This document shows, in pieces, positions 8,738 through 19,000 of a stretch of 64,000 nt of DNA. The DNA is from an uncultured virus (IMG/VR IMGVR_UViG_2565956931_000003) (taxonomy: Duplodnaviria; Heunggongvirae; Uroviricota; Caudoviricetes). Every line of letters begins with the position of its first letter. Position 1 is the first letter of the stretch. The DNA is taken from IMG/VR virus record IMGVR_UViG_2565956931_000003, positions 1 through 64,000 of that record; one strand, given 5' to 3'. Under the pieces are notes generated by a model that saw only the letters and a list, made by a program, of their open reading frames with translations, was not told the origin of the DNA and ran no database searches. The translations under genes were made by a program, and so were the position numbers.

Positions 8738-10249
8738 CTAAACATCTAATTCTTCAAAAAGAATGTCATTAATTTTGTTCCCTTCTTGATTTTCCTTGTC
8801 ATTACTTTGATCAATTTTAACTTTCAAAGCACTGTGAAAACGTTCAGCTCCCTCTTTCGTTAATCGAATTATTTTAGGTTTACTTGAACTGCTGGAATCA
8901 ACCAAGGAATCGTACATTTGCACACTAATGAAATCATCACCAAGCAGTTGTTGTGCATATTGGATAGCATCTTTTACACTTACTGGTTCAGGTTCACCAA
9001 ACAAGCCTACATTACTACTATCTAAAGCCTGTTTCTCTGCAAATTCAGCTAATGCTTTAAATAACATACTCATTTTTTTTGAACTGCGGCTATTCTTGGC
9101 GAGAAATACGGCGAGCTCAGCAACACCTTCTCCTAGATCCTCAAAAAGCCCTTGCTGCTTTACAAACTCAACAATATCTTGATCATTTTGCTTTGCAGAT
9201 AAAATTGTATTTGCTGCATCAATAATTGCATTAGCAACACGTTGATCAATGGCTTGCTCCATTCCATCAACGATTTGATCTGATATATCTTGAACATTTC
9301 CACGACTTATGGCTTGCGCTTCAATAAATTTAGGCGCAGCAACACCAAGCGCATTAAGCATATTTTGAAGATCTGGTTTTGTATGATCAGCCATCATTTC
9401 TAGCAGACGATCATCATTGTACGCTTTACTAAAAATTGCGGCCTTGATTCTGTTTATCAGTGCTTGTGTTGGTTTTTTATCTTTCGTTGTGTACTGGGCA
9501 GCTTCTGTATCACCTAATTTACTTAAAAAACCTTGAATAAACTTTTGATTACTCACTGCTAATAAATCGCCATCTTCACTCGGGTTAAAAAGAGCCAGTA
9601 AATTCTCATCTAAACGTTTAGCATCAGCTTTAGCACGTTCAGTTGCTGTAAAAGACAACTTATCATCTTGGTTAGCATCTATGGCAAATTGAGCTCTATC
9701 AATCTCAGTTGTACGAATACGTATCAAGATTGGTTGAGCTATTGCTTGGACCTGCTCACTGCTAAAGCCAAAGTAATCAGCTTCATCAATCAACCATTGT
9801 TTATACTCATCTGCGGTACCACGCTCATAGGCAAGCTTGATTGCCATTGTTCGGCCATTTCCTGATTCAACAACTAAATCATCACCAGTTATCGGTGCTC
9901 CCGTGTCTGCCCGACCTGAGCGGCCTAGGCTTTCGGGGTCTAAATCATTAGCAGTTTTCTGTACCCATGCTTGTGAGGATTCACGACTACGATCTCGTGG
10001 CTGCAATTCTTGCGGATAATTAGGGTTTTCCGCACCAGTTGCTGTATGAGATGCAATTACTTGATCAATATCAACTAAAGCGAATACAGTAGAAATCTTT
10101 TGTCCTTTGGCTGTTTTCACATTATTAGTTCTACCCTTCAATAGCCCAGTAAAGGGCTGTTTAGGTTTAAAGAAACTAATCATTTGATCAATTACAACTA
10201 ATGGATTTTTAGCAATATCTTGAATAGAAATTAGATTTAAAGTTGTCAT
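8738..10249 (-). CDS. ddrB: DdrB-like ParB-fold head protein
   Basis: YPQELQPRDR and GAPITGDDLVVESGNGRTMAI motifs typical of ddrB-like ParB domains. Confidence 0.75.
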   Translation of the reverse strand: MTTLNLISIQDIAKNPLVVIDQMISFFKPKQPFTGLLKGRTNNVKTAKGQKISTVFALVDIDQVIASHTATGAENPNYPQELQPRDRSRESSQAWVQKTANDLDPESLGRSGRADTGAPITGDDLVVESGNGRTMAIKLAYERGTADEYKQWLIDEADYFGFSSEQVQAIAQPILIRIRTTEIDRAQFAIDANQDDKLSFTATERAKADAKRLDENLLALFNPSEDGDLLAVSNQKFIQGFLSKLGDTEAAQYTTKDKKPTQALINRIKAAIFSKAYNDDRLLEMMADHTKPDLQNMLNALGVAAPKFIEAQAISRGNVQDISDQIVDGMEQAIDQRVANAIIDAANTILSAKQNDQDIVEFVKQQGLFEDLGEGVAELAVFLAKNSRSSKKMSMLFKALAEFAEKQALDSSNVGLFGEPEPVSVKDAIQYAQQLLGDDFISVQMYDSLVDSSSSSKPKIIRLTKEGAERFHSALKVKIDQSNDKENQEGNKINDILFEELDV

Positions 10250-12201
10250 TAGATATTCTCCGCTTCCATTTTTTGCACTTGATTCAAGAGTTCTGTCACC
10301 GCTGGAATAAGAAGTGGATCATTTAAGTCTTTTTCTGCTTCATCTCGAATTTGCTCTAATAACTCAAGATTAACTTTAACCTGCCCTTCAATTACTGAAC
10401 GGTAAAGTTGATTACCTTCATCATTTGTCGTACTAGGCTGAAGATCTTCAACTTCTGTCGGAGCATTTAGTTCTTTAAATTCATCATTATCTGAATTTTG
10501 GGCTGGCTCTTTATTACTGAGGCGATCCGCTAAATGTTCATCTGCCCATGCTCTTGAATATTCATAAAATGCTGTTAAATATTCTGGTGAACCTTCGGCC
10601 CCATTCCAGTTTTTTAAGAATTCACCACGGCGATCTGAAACCCAAGCCATAAAGTCTATGTTGTTAGTATCTTCAGGCTTTTCCAAAGTGTCTAACCATG
10701 CTTGCATCATTTTGTTTTCAGCTATACCAGCTGCACGTGCTGCTAAAACTTCTTCATCTCTTTTTTGTTTAGCTTCTTTTTCGGCATCAATAAGTTTATT
10801 TGCTTCTAATTCTGCTTGCTGTTGAGCCAAAGCCTGGTCATCTAGTTCAGAAATCCATTCACGAGCCCAAACTACCGCATCAGAGTCCCCCTCTAGAGCC
10901 TTATTGATACGTTCAAAGAATGCTTGGTAACGTAAACCATCTTCACCTGCCCATTCAGGATCAGCATTTAAACGCTTTAAATCGGCTTTTAAACGTGCGG
11001 CTTCTTCATCAGAAATACTATCTGGTAACTCATTATCGAGACTATTCTCTTTAATGATTCCTTCATTTTCCTCAGATTGCTTGATTAACAATGTATTTTG
11101 CAACTGATCCAATTCATTTAATAAATTGGAAATTTCTGCACTTAAAGAATTTAATTGACTTTGTTTTTGCTCGAGACGTAGTTCAGCATCTGCTAAAGCC
11201 TTGGCCTTTTCTGCTTTTTTAGATTGTAACCGCTTAAAACGATTACTATTTTGGTTAATCAACTTCATAATTCGACCAGCGAGAACTGGAATTGATATTC
11301 CTTCTCCCTGATTAGGCTGAATTGCAGCCGTAATATCCCGATTGTTCATTAAAATCTTCCATGAAATTAATGAATCTGCTGGACTAATTTTTTTTGATAA
11401 TCGATCTGGCTTATGAAAAAGGATTGTGAAGTTTTGGCCATCATCAAAATCATAAGTAAGAGCAATTTGAAGGACTTTTTTATGCTTAAAGGGCTTACTT
11501 TCCGTAACGTTAACGATTTTGACGCCAGTTTTTGAAAACTGATCCATAGAGTGATGCAAAATTGCAGACAGCTGCTCTAAATGCTGGTAATCAACGATAA
11601 TAGAGTCGTAAAGCGCTTCTTCTACGCCTAGACTAGATAAAAGTGTAGGTAACCCATCAAATTTACTCAATAATTGGCTGTGATCATCATTTCGTTGCAT
11701 ATCTAATAACAACTTAGAAGTATCACCCTCATGAGAAATTAAATTGATTCCATCCCATTCAGGTTTTTCAGCTGCTACAACATTTTGTAATTGTTCTAGT
11801 TGCCATCTTTGAATCGGTTTTGAACCCGTCAAATTAAATTGTTGTGATGATAAATGGCGCTTAAGTCCAAATTGATTTGTTTCAATAACATCTGTAACAC
11901 TAGCATCAAACATTCGGCCAAATTGCAGTATCGCTAAATCAGCTGCATGCTGGTCATCGATAGCGCCTAATACCGCAACAGAATCAAACGCATCTATCCC
12001 ACCCTTTTTACCTTTTAAATTTACAACACGCCAGAAATCATTTTCCGTGTAATCTTCAGTGACTAAAGCATTAATTTGACGGTAATCACCCTTAATAAAC
12101 CCAATTGAACAAGCACCACTATTCACCATAGAGTCAAAACCATGTACTAATCGGCTTTGATGTGGTGCGTGTGTTTGAATGAAAATTGATTTAACACTCA
12201 C
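10249..12201 (-). CDS. darA: DarA-like defence-against-restriction head protein
   Basis: DarA N-terminal domain motif (FDDGQNFTILFH...WKILMNNRDITAAIQP...RIMKLINQNSNRF) followed by coiled coil. Confidence 0.75.
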   Translation of the reverse strand: MSVKSIFIQTHAPHQSRLVHGFDSMVNSGACSIGFIKGDYRQINALVTEDYTENDFWRVVNLKGKKGGIDAFDSVAVLGAIDDQHAADLAILQFGRMFDASVTDVIETNQFGLKRHLSSQQFNLTGSKPIQRWQLEQLQNVVAAEKPEWDGINLISHEGDTSKLLLDMQRNDDHSQLLSKFDGLPTLLSSLGVEEALYDSIIVDYQHLEQLSAILHHSMDQFSKTGVKIVNVTESKPFKHKKVLQIALTYDFDDGQNFTILFHKPDRLSKKISPADSLISWKILMNNRDITAAIQPNQGEGISIPVLAGRIMKLINQNSNRFKRLQSKKAEKAKALADAELRLEQKQSQLNSLSAEISNLLNELDQLQNTLLIKQSEENEGIIKENSLDNELPDSISDEEAARLKADLKRLNADPEWAGEDGLRYQAFFERINKALEGDSDAVVWAREWISELDDQALAQQQAELEANKLIDAEKEAKQKRDEEVLAARAAGIAENKMMQAWLDTLEKPEDTNNIDFMAWVSDRRGEFLKNWNGAEGSPEYLTAFYEYSRAWADEHLADRLSNKEPAQNSDNDEFKELNAPTEVEDLQPSTTNDEGNQLYRSVIEGQVKVNLELLEQIRDEAEKDLNDPLLIPAVTELLNQVQKMEAENI

Positions 12202-12229
12202 GGAGTTATCCTCATTTTAGTTTGAGGAT

Positions 12230-12270
12230 ATTTTCTCAAGTAGGTGAATCTATAAAGGCAATGAGTTCCA
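12230..12270 (-). promoter_or_regulatory. Late promoter (darA-ddrB) with RBS hairpin 12207-12230
   Basis: TGGAAC-N29-GAAAAT; TATCCTCA/TGAGGATA. Confidence 0.7.
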
Positions 12271-12274
12271 TAGC

Positions 12275-12928
12275 TTATTTTAAGTTGGGAAACATTTTGA
12301 TGAAATTTAAAGTAACAATGGCATGTGCTTTATTAGAGGCATCAAGGGGCAAATTGCCTGCTTGAAGTGAAACTAGATGCTCAATTTCAAATTGGTTTTG
12401 ATTTCTTGCAGCTTTATCAAAAGCATATATTTTTAATCTCATTAAGTATTCAATTGGTGGCGGCTGAGTACCATCCTTATTAAACATTATTTCTTTTATA
12501 GCTTTAGCACTATTCGCAATAGCTGCTTCTTTAGTCTCAATAAATGAAATGCTCAACTCATTTGAAGCATTACCAGTTACATGGTTGAGTTGAAAATGCC
12601 CCACATGCACTGCATCGGTTTGGGCATCTAGTAGTGATACATCTACATTATTGGCTAACCAAGCAACTTTGTTTGAAGGATCAAAAATTGGAATATTTGC
12701 TTGAGCAATTTTACTGTTTGCACGGTACGGGCGAATTTCAATTCCAAAATGTGCAGCTGAAAGTGTACCTAATGCGTAAAGTTCCTGATAATGGGAAACA
12801 GCTCGATCCACTGTTAGACCAGACCATAAGACAGGATTTTTAGCAAAACGATCTTTAAACGGATTTAAAACGTTTCCAAAACTGTTATTTATAGTTTTAT
12901 TCTGTGTTTCGTATTCAAAAAAAGCCAT
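12275..12928 (-). CDS. Tube-like baseplate/tail protein
   Basis: 217-aa beta-rich ORF in virion module; context. Confidence 0.45.
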   Translation of the reverse strand: MAFFEYETQNKTINNSFGNVLNPFKDRFAKNPVLWSGLTVDRAVSHYQELYALGTLSAAHFGIEIRPYRANSKIAQANIPIFDPSNKVAWLANNVDVSLLDAQTDAVHVGHFQLNHVTGNASNELSISFIETKEAAIANSAKAIKEIMFNKDGTQPPPIEYLMRLKIYAFDKAARNQNQFEIEHLVSLQAGNLPLDASNKAHAIVTLNFIKMFPNLK

Positions 12929-14463
12929 TATTCTTCATCCTCTGGAAATTTACGGCTCTTAGCAATACTTTCAGCTAATGTTAATGCTTCCTCATATTTC
13001 ATACCTGTATCGCGCTCAAGAATGTACGCCATAATATCTACATCTAAATTTGATTCTTTCAATGATGCGATTACTTGTGTTTTAAGTAATGTTGTATTCA
13101 TTCTTGATTGAGCATTGTTGATTTCTTCCGTAGCTGCTGCAGTTTGGTTTGAATAATATTCAACTTGCCAAGGGTAATCTTCAGGCTCAAATTGTTCGTT
13201 ATAAGCAAAACCCCAATCCAAGTGAAGAATTTGATTAATCCCTTCGGAAGCTGCTGTTCGAATGTCTTGTGACCTACGCATGATTTGTGCAGAAGTATGG
13301 AATGCTCCACCTTCTCCAATACCACCAGTTAACATGTCAGCCCACCCTACCATACTTGGGTCTAGACCTATACCGCCCATTAACAAACGGACATTAATCA
13401 TGAACTGTTCAATATTAATAGGTGAGCTTCGTTGATTCTTGATATCACCCACTGGATTTAGAACTTGTTTTTCATCAAATACTGGAAGCATGTGAAAAGC
13501 AGTATTCCAGACTGCTTCACCACCTGATAAAGCATCACGGACATAAGCCTCATGATTTTTGAGTAAACCTTCTAAACCACGGATATAGGCTTGACGTTGT
13601 GCTGGCGGCATTCCTGACATATTTACTGTCAAGAACATCTGATTTACGGTATCTGCAATTTGCTGGCTATTCATTGATGCCAAAGCGAGGATTACATCAT
13701 CATAAATATCTTCAATCTCATAAAGAAATGAGCCGCCTAAATGCGCTGGTAAGATTGGTAGCTCATCTGGATCATCACCCTCCAACATTTTCGTGACAAG
13801 ACCAGTTTCAACAAGCTCATATTGAGCAATATTGCTCATACGGGGCATTTTGAAACGTACCATTTGAATAGTATTCAGTTTGGTAATAGTTTTTTGCCAA
13901 TTACGAGGATCTAAACAAAAAAAGGCGACAGTCTTACTGCCTTGTTCGAACGGTTGTATTAATGGCGGATATGTATACTCATTGCATACGAGGTCAATTA
14001 CACCTATATCTTTTTTCCCATAAATACGTGCATAGGAATCACCGAAAGAAATAGCATCTCGGGCAAGTTTGCTTAAATACTTATTGATAAGCTTTTCCAT
14101 CTTTACACGGCGCTCATCTAGTTGTTTTTTTAGTTTTTCAGCTGCTGGTCCATTCGCCTTTTTTAACCGTTCTGCGGGCGTAATAAAGACTTGTTGGCCG
14201 CTATAAGAATCTCCGCCTAAGGCTGCAGAAACATGAATCCCCATACCCTCTGCGATAGGTGCAAAGCGTAACATTCTCTCCCATTTAGTAAGAATTTCTT
14301 TTCGAGTACGCTTCTTATTGGCTTTGGTTTGGTTAGTCCCAAGTGAAAACGGAGCCATAGTTTCATATAGCTGCGCTGTTGCATCCTGATTAGACGTATC
14401 GAATTGCTGATCATATGAATTAACATTTTCACCGAGTAACAACGATAAGAACCGAGAAGACAT
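12928..14463 (-). CDS. Portal protein (P1 Prt-like)
   Basis: 511 aa; ARDAISFGDSYARIY, GGSFL and GLDPSMVGWADMLTGGIGEGG motifs. Confidence 0.75.
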   Translation of the reverse strand: MSSRFLSLLLGENVNSYDQQFDTSNQDATAQLYETMAPFSLGTNQTKANKKRTRKEILTKWERMLRFAPIAEGMGIHVSAALGGDSYSGQQVFITPAERLKKANGPAAEKLKKQLDERRVKMEKLINKYLSKLARDAISFGDSYARIYGKKDIGVIDLVCNEYTYPPLIQPFEQGSKTVAFFCLDPRNWQKTITKLNTIQMVRFKMPRMSNIAQYELVETGLVTKMLEGDDPDELPILPAHLGGSFLYEIEDIYDDVILALASMNSQQIADTVNQMFLTVNMSGMPPAQRQAYIRGLEGLLKNHEAYVRDALSGGEAVWNTAFHMLPVFDEKQVLNPVGDIKNQRSSPINIEQFMINVRLLMGGIGLDPSMVGWADMLTGGIGEGGAFHTSAQIMRRSQDIRTAASEGINQILHLDWGFAYNEQFEPEDYPWQVEYYSNQTAAATEEINNAQSRMNTTLLKTQVIASLKESNLDVDIMAYILERDTGMKYEEALTLAESIAKSRKFPEDEE

Positions 14464-14493
14464 AACTAAGCCAAAATACCTAAATAATTAAGT

Positions 14494-14534
14494 ATTTTGA
14501 TGACTAATAATTTTTAACTTTTAGATGGGTTCCA
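14494..14534 (-). promoter_or_regulatory. Late promoter (portal)
   Basis: TGGAAC-N29-CAAAAT; hairpin 14472-14499 covers AGGT RBS. Confidence 0.7.
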
Positions 14535-14542
14535 AAGTTAAT

Positions 14543-14583
14543 TGGAACCGTACAGATTCCATTAATTAACTGCATGCAATTCT
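14543..14583 (+). promoter_or_regulatory. Divergent late promoter for the 64-aa plus-strand gene
   Basis: TGGAAC-N29-AATTCT, back-to-back with the portal promoter. Confidence 0.6.
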
Positions 14584-14621
14584 ATCTGAACAAATTTCTT
14601 ATCTAATTAGAGGAAAAGCTC

Positions 14622-14816
14622 ATGGCCGAAGTTAAAGTATTTAATGCTTTGGATATTGAATTAGCTCAAAAAACCCAAGACATCGTCAATGCGCAACGTT
14701 TTAACAACCGTCCTGCTTTCAAAACATTAAATCTAGGCTGGGATTTAGAGACTGGGTCGGTAGCAGTAAATTACACATTTGTAGAAGAACCACCAGTTAA
14801 TGATCAGCCTGCTTAA
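14622..14816 (+). CDS. Small hypothetical late protein
   Basis: GAGG RBS, late promoter upstream, terminator downstream. Confidence 0.65.
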   Translation: MAEVKVFNALDIELAQKTQDIVNAQRFNNRPAFKTLNLGWDLETGSVAVNYTFVEEPPVNDQPA

Positions 14817-14821
14817 ACATG

Positions 14822-14845
14822 AAAGCCCCTAATAAGGGGCTTTTT
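14822..14845. terminator. Bidirectional terminator
   Basis: AAAGCCCCT-aata-AGGGGCTTT. Confidence 0.8.
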
Positions 14846-15620
14846 AATAGCCAGTAATATCAACTATTAAATGACTATGAAATGGAGAATAGAGACTAGC
14901 TGAAGTATTCATACCATTAGCTAGTATCGTATATCCCCGAAGGATCTTACCTGAGAAAGTTGGATCACTATATGAGTTAGTCTTTATAGTACAGTATGAA
15001 TGCATATAAGAACTCAAACCACCAGCTCCCCAATAATATTCATAATGAGCTGGACAAGCTAAAGCCAAGCCATAAGTCTTATTAGCATTATAATCAGGTA
15101 TATCTGATAACCATGAGCTAAAATAATTTGCACTGCCTTTTAAATAAAAAGTTTCTGCTTTAACTACTTTTAAAGGATTGTGGGAGTTAGAAAATACAAT
15201 CTCACCTTTACCATTCTTAATTAGTAATTTTGGCGAATGACCACTTTCTAATAAAGTAATTAATCCAAATACATAATAATTTGCTTTTGTAAAAGGAAAA
15301 GTATTCTTATATTTAAATCCTCCTTGGTCGTCTAAGGTGTCAAAAATTACAGTTATTTTCCAATTATTTGTGGAAGTTTCTTCATATCTGACCTGCATCA
15401 CAGAAACGCCTGTAAATACCACAATTGGTCTTTGTAAAGATGTAACATTCAAAACATGACACTTAACGTAACCAGATACAGATAGCACTGCAGGAGGTAA
15501 TGGGTCTGAAGAAGCGACTTCCCTAACAAACTTATTTATAAGGTGAAAGTTTCTATAGCTGTCGTCAATTATTGTCACTTTATTATCATTGAGAATTTTG
15601 ATGTATTCAGCCATTAGCAT
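14844..15620 (-). CDS. Tail-tip/fibre accessory protein
   Basis: Follows the giant fibre; YIKILNDNKVTIIDDSYRN start and LLIKNGKGEIVFSN repeat resemble proteins found after J-like fibres. Confidence 0.5.
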   Translation of the reverse strand: MLMAEYIKILNDNKVTIIDDSYRNFHLINKFVREVASSDPLPPAVLSVSGYVKCHVLNVTSLQRPIVVFTGVSVMQVRYEETSTNNWKITVIFDTLDDQGGFKYKNTFPFTKANYYVFGLITLLESGHSPKLLIKNGKGEIVFSNSHNPLKVVKAETFYLKGSANYFSSWLSDIPDYNANKTYGLALACPAHYEYYWGAGGLSSYMHSYCTIKTNSYSDPTFSGKILRGYTILANGMNTSASLYSPFHSHLIVDITGY

Positions 15621-16012
15621 TTACCTATATGAATACTAACCGTTTGCTGAAAAGCTGTATTGTAATAAGCTCTACAATCATAAATTAATAAATAAGATGA
15701 AGTATCATCCATTTGATTAAGTATCTTATCGCCCAGCTTAGCCTCAATAGCCATAGCTTTAGTCAAAATGGCACATCCCATACCATTTGAATAAGACTCA
15801 ACTACAGCACTATTGGCAGATAACACTTCACCAGAAGCTACATAAGCCCACCATCTTGGATGATTTTCAGCAGTATCTAGTTTTCGTACAATTGTGTCCA
15901 TAGATGAACCTTTCGGGAGGACAACACTTAACGTTTCTGTATACATACTAAGATTAGATGTTAGATCAAGGACCACGTTGCCACCGAGGTCCCTTAATAA
16001 GAATGTAGCCAT
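15614..16012 (-). CDS. Tail-tip accessory protein
   Basis: MATFLLRDLGGNVVLDLT start; immediately after the giant fibre. Confidence 0.5.
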   Translation of the reverse strand: MATFLLRDLGGNVVLDLTSNLSMYTETLSVVLPKGSSMDTIVRKLDTAENHPRWWAYVASGEVLSANSAVVESYSNGMGCAILTKAMAIEAKLGDKILNQMDDTSSYLLIYDCRAYYNTAFQQTVSIHIGKC

Positions 16013-19000
16013 TTATAAACCAATATAAATTCTCTCAATATTGTTATCGTCATATAACTTTAAAGCGGTCCCTGAAATGACCATTCTTGCTTTTTGAGGC
16101 TGACTAGGATCTTTATAAGTAATTAAAGTCCCAAGTTCACCAGTTATGGCACTTAACTTGTCAACATTGAATAATTCAGCTGTAAGAGACTTGGCCTTAA
16201 AGTTTGCGGCTGTCAAATTCTTAATAAATACATCACTGTTCATCAAAACTTGATTGTCTTGGATTATGAACGGCATATATTTAGTAGAAGAAGAACCAGT
16301 TGTGAAGAAAATTCTATCCGCTTGGAAACCTATTGAGCTGAGCACAGTTCCATTTGTTTGCTCACTGACCATAGACATACCAGTAAACACACCGTTATTG
16401 TCCATACCCATTACGTATTTACCTTTCACACCATCAATCAAGTCAGCTTGTGATTTAAGCTTGATAGCATTTTGGCCGTAAACAGAAACCAAAGTTTGTA
16501 ATGCACCAGCATATGCCCCCACATCAGTTGTATATGTGGTTTTGAAATTTTCGAAATCAGCTATGTTGTCAGCATCTTCAATATCGATAAAGTCTAGATC
16601 CACTTCACCAGCTTTACCTGAATAGTTACCAATGAATACAGGTGTAAAGAAAGCAGCTTTGTTTGCGAATGTTTTAGGGCTTAGTAGAGTGCCAGCACCT
16701 GCACTTGCACCAGCAGATCGGCCCTTAAAGTAAGCGGTACCAGTTATCCAAGTTCCCAACGCTGGTGCGGTACCTGCAACTAAATAATGACTTGAACCGA
16801 TATCATTGATTTCAGAGTTATCTTGAGCAATATATTTTGTTTTATTGGCGTTTTGACAGGTCGCACCAACATAAACAACTCCGGTACCACTTACACGGCG
16901 GAATCTATACTTAACTCGGTAATATTTATTGTCATCGATAGGCAAAGATGTGAACCAATTTAACCAGGCTTCATCATTACCTACGTTATTACCAATTCTT
17001 AGTGCATATCCTCCACGACATGTTGCATCTGCAACTAAACTAAGTTCAGTCTTATTCCCACTTGGTGTTTTTACTAACCAATCTTTTTGCCATGTTTCGA
17101 GTACTGAAGCCATGATCTTTTGACCATTTGCAGAATACAGTGCAGACATTCTTTCTGTTGAAGATGCGATTGCTTCATTCGTCTTGGTAGACGTCATGTA
17201 ATCACGCTCTAATGTCGCTTTTGTAGTAGAAGCTATGTCCTTGGCAGTATCAGCTATTTCTTTAGCCTTCTCCGATATTGCACGTACTAATGCTTGTCGT
17301 GCATTGTGCACGTTAGCAAAGTTAGTAATGAACTGGTTTCGGTCAATCGTACTAGTTACATTCATATTTGCGAATAAAGCTGCCAAATATGTATTTAAAG
17401 TACTGAATGCCGTGGCATAAGCAGCAGAAGATATACCATAAGTGACTGCCTCAGCTCGCAAGCTTGCATCAGTTTGATAAAGTGTATCCCAAACCAACTT
17501 CGCCTGTTTTTTCTCAACTGGTGTGAGTTTATTATCAGCAGCAATATCACTTAACTGAGCCATTGGAACATCCACTTTGGCTTGTGAACCTGCAGTGGTT
17601 TCCATCATTGAAGTCACTGTAAACGGCGTAACTGACTTATAAACTGATAAATCTGTTTCAATGGCCGCCGTCCAGCCATCTTTAAAGTAATCTGGCGGAT
17701 TTGTATGAGTAATAGTGGCCGACTCAACTGTAATTGCTGGGTAAGACCAAGCATATTTTTTGGTAATTAAGATGCACACCTTATTATTGCTATCTAAAGC
17801 TAAAGCTAGACCTTTAGTCGTAGCATTACTTTCATCTAAAGTGATACCAAAAGAACGAGAGGTCATATTCGAATAAAATGGCACTGTTGACGTATATGCA
17901 TAAAATGCCAAATCCAGATCGAAAATATTATCTTCTTTGTTATTGTAGTTATAACCAGAAATTTTAACCTTGGTCATGTACGCACCAACTGTAATTGGTG
18001 TCTTAATAACCAATGTACCCGAAGTAGTGATTGCTTGACGCCAAGTTAAAGGCTTAACGAAAATTTTCCCTGCACCTGAACTCAATGGCTGCACACTCAT
18101 AGCATTGGTATATTCAGAAGTAATTTTCTGTGAAGATGCTGCAATTGCACGCTCAACATTAGTATTTGTTATATCCGCATTCAAAATATAAGCGCCGTTT
18201 TTACTGTCTAATTTTGAAGACATTTCAGTAAGTTTGGCAGCCCAAGTTTCTTTGAAGTTCGTTAATGTTGATATAGAGTCTGTGGCTGAAGAAACAAAGT
18301 CCTGTAAAGTCGGGTCAGCTGAAGCGTAATCAGTAACGTCATATTGCTCGATTTGGGCTAAGGTCCAAACTAAAGGCGCAGTAGCTGTTGGTGTAGATCC
18401 TCCCGCCACATAAACATGTCCTGAGTTAGAGAAAGAACCTACAGCACCACATTTAATCATTCGAATATATGTTTCGAATTTGCCTGTACCCTCAGTATTG
18501 CCAATGAATCGATCAATTGCCCCTGTCCCCATTGCGTTACCAGCATTCACCAATTTATATCCAACTGGTAGCTTGATTAAATACTTGATAACAAAAACAG
18601 CATTTGCACGGCCATAAACGAGTTGAACAAATCCACCCCATGTTGGGTTGGCAGCACCAATGGTTTTAATTTCAATTTCATAGGTTGATGTAGTTGGGTT
18701 ATCAGCACTTTTCGCGACACGAGTAACTGTCACGTTCCCATTGCCGGCATTGTTATAGACAGATACACCATTGTTACCTTTTTTGAAATTTACGTCTCCC
18801 TGCAACAATTTTCCATTAGTAATCATCATCGCCAGCATTGTTGTGTTTTCTAATGCGGAACCAAGATTATTTGTACTTGTTTGAAGCTGAGAAATTTCAG
18901 TATTTCTAAGTGTAGCTAGATCCTTTGATGTTTGGTCAGCTGTAGCTTTTGTTGTTTTTACTACAGAAGATAAACCACCAGGTACAGTTGCATCATATTG

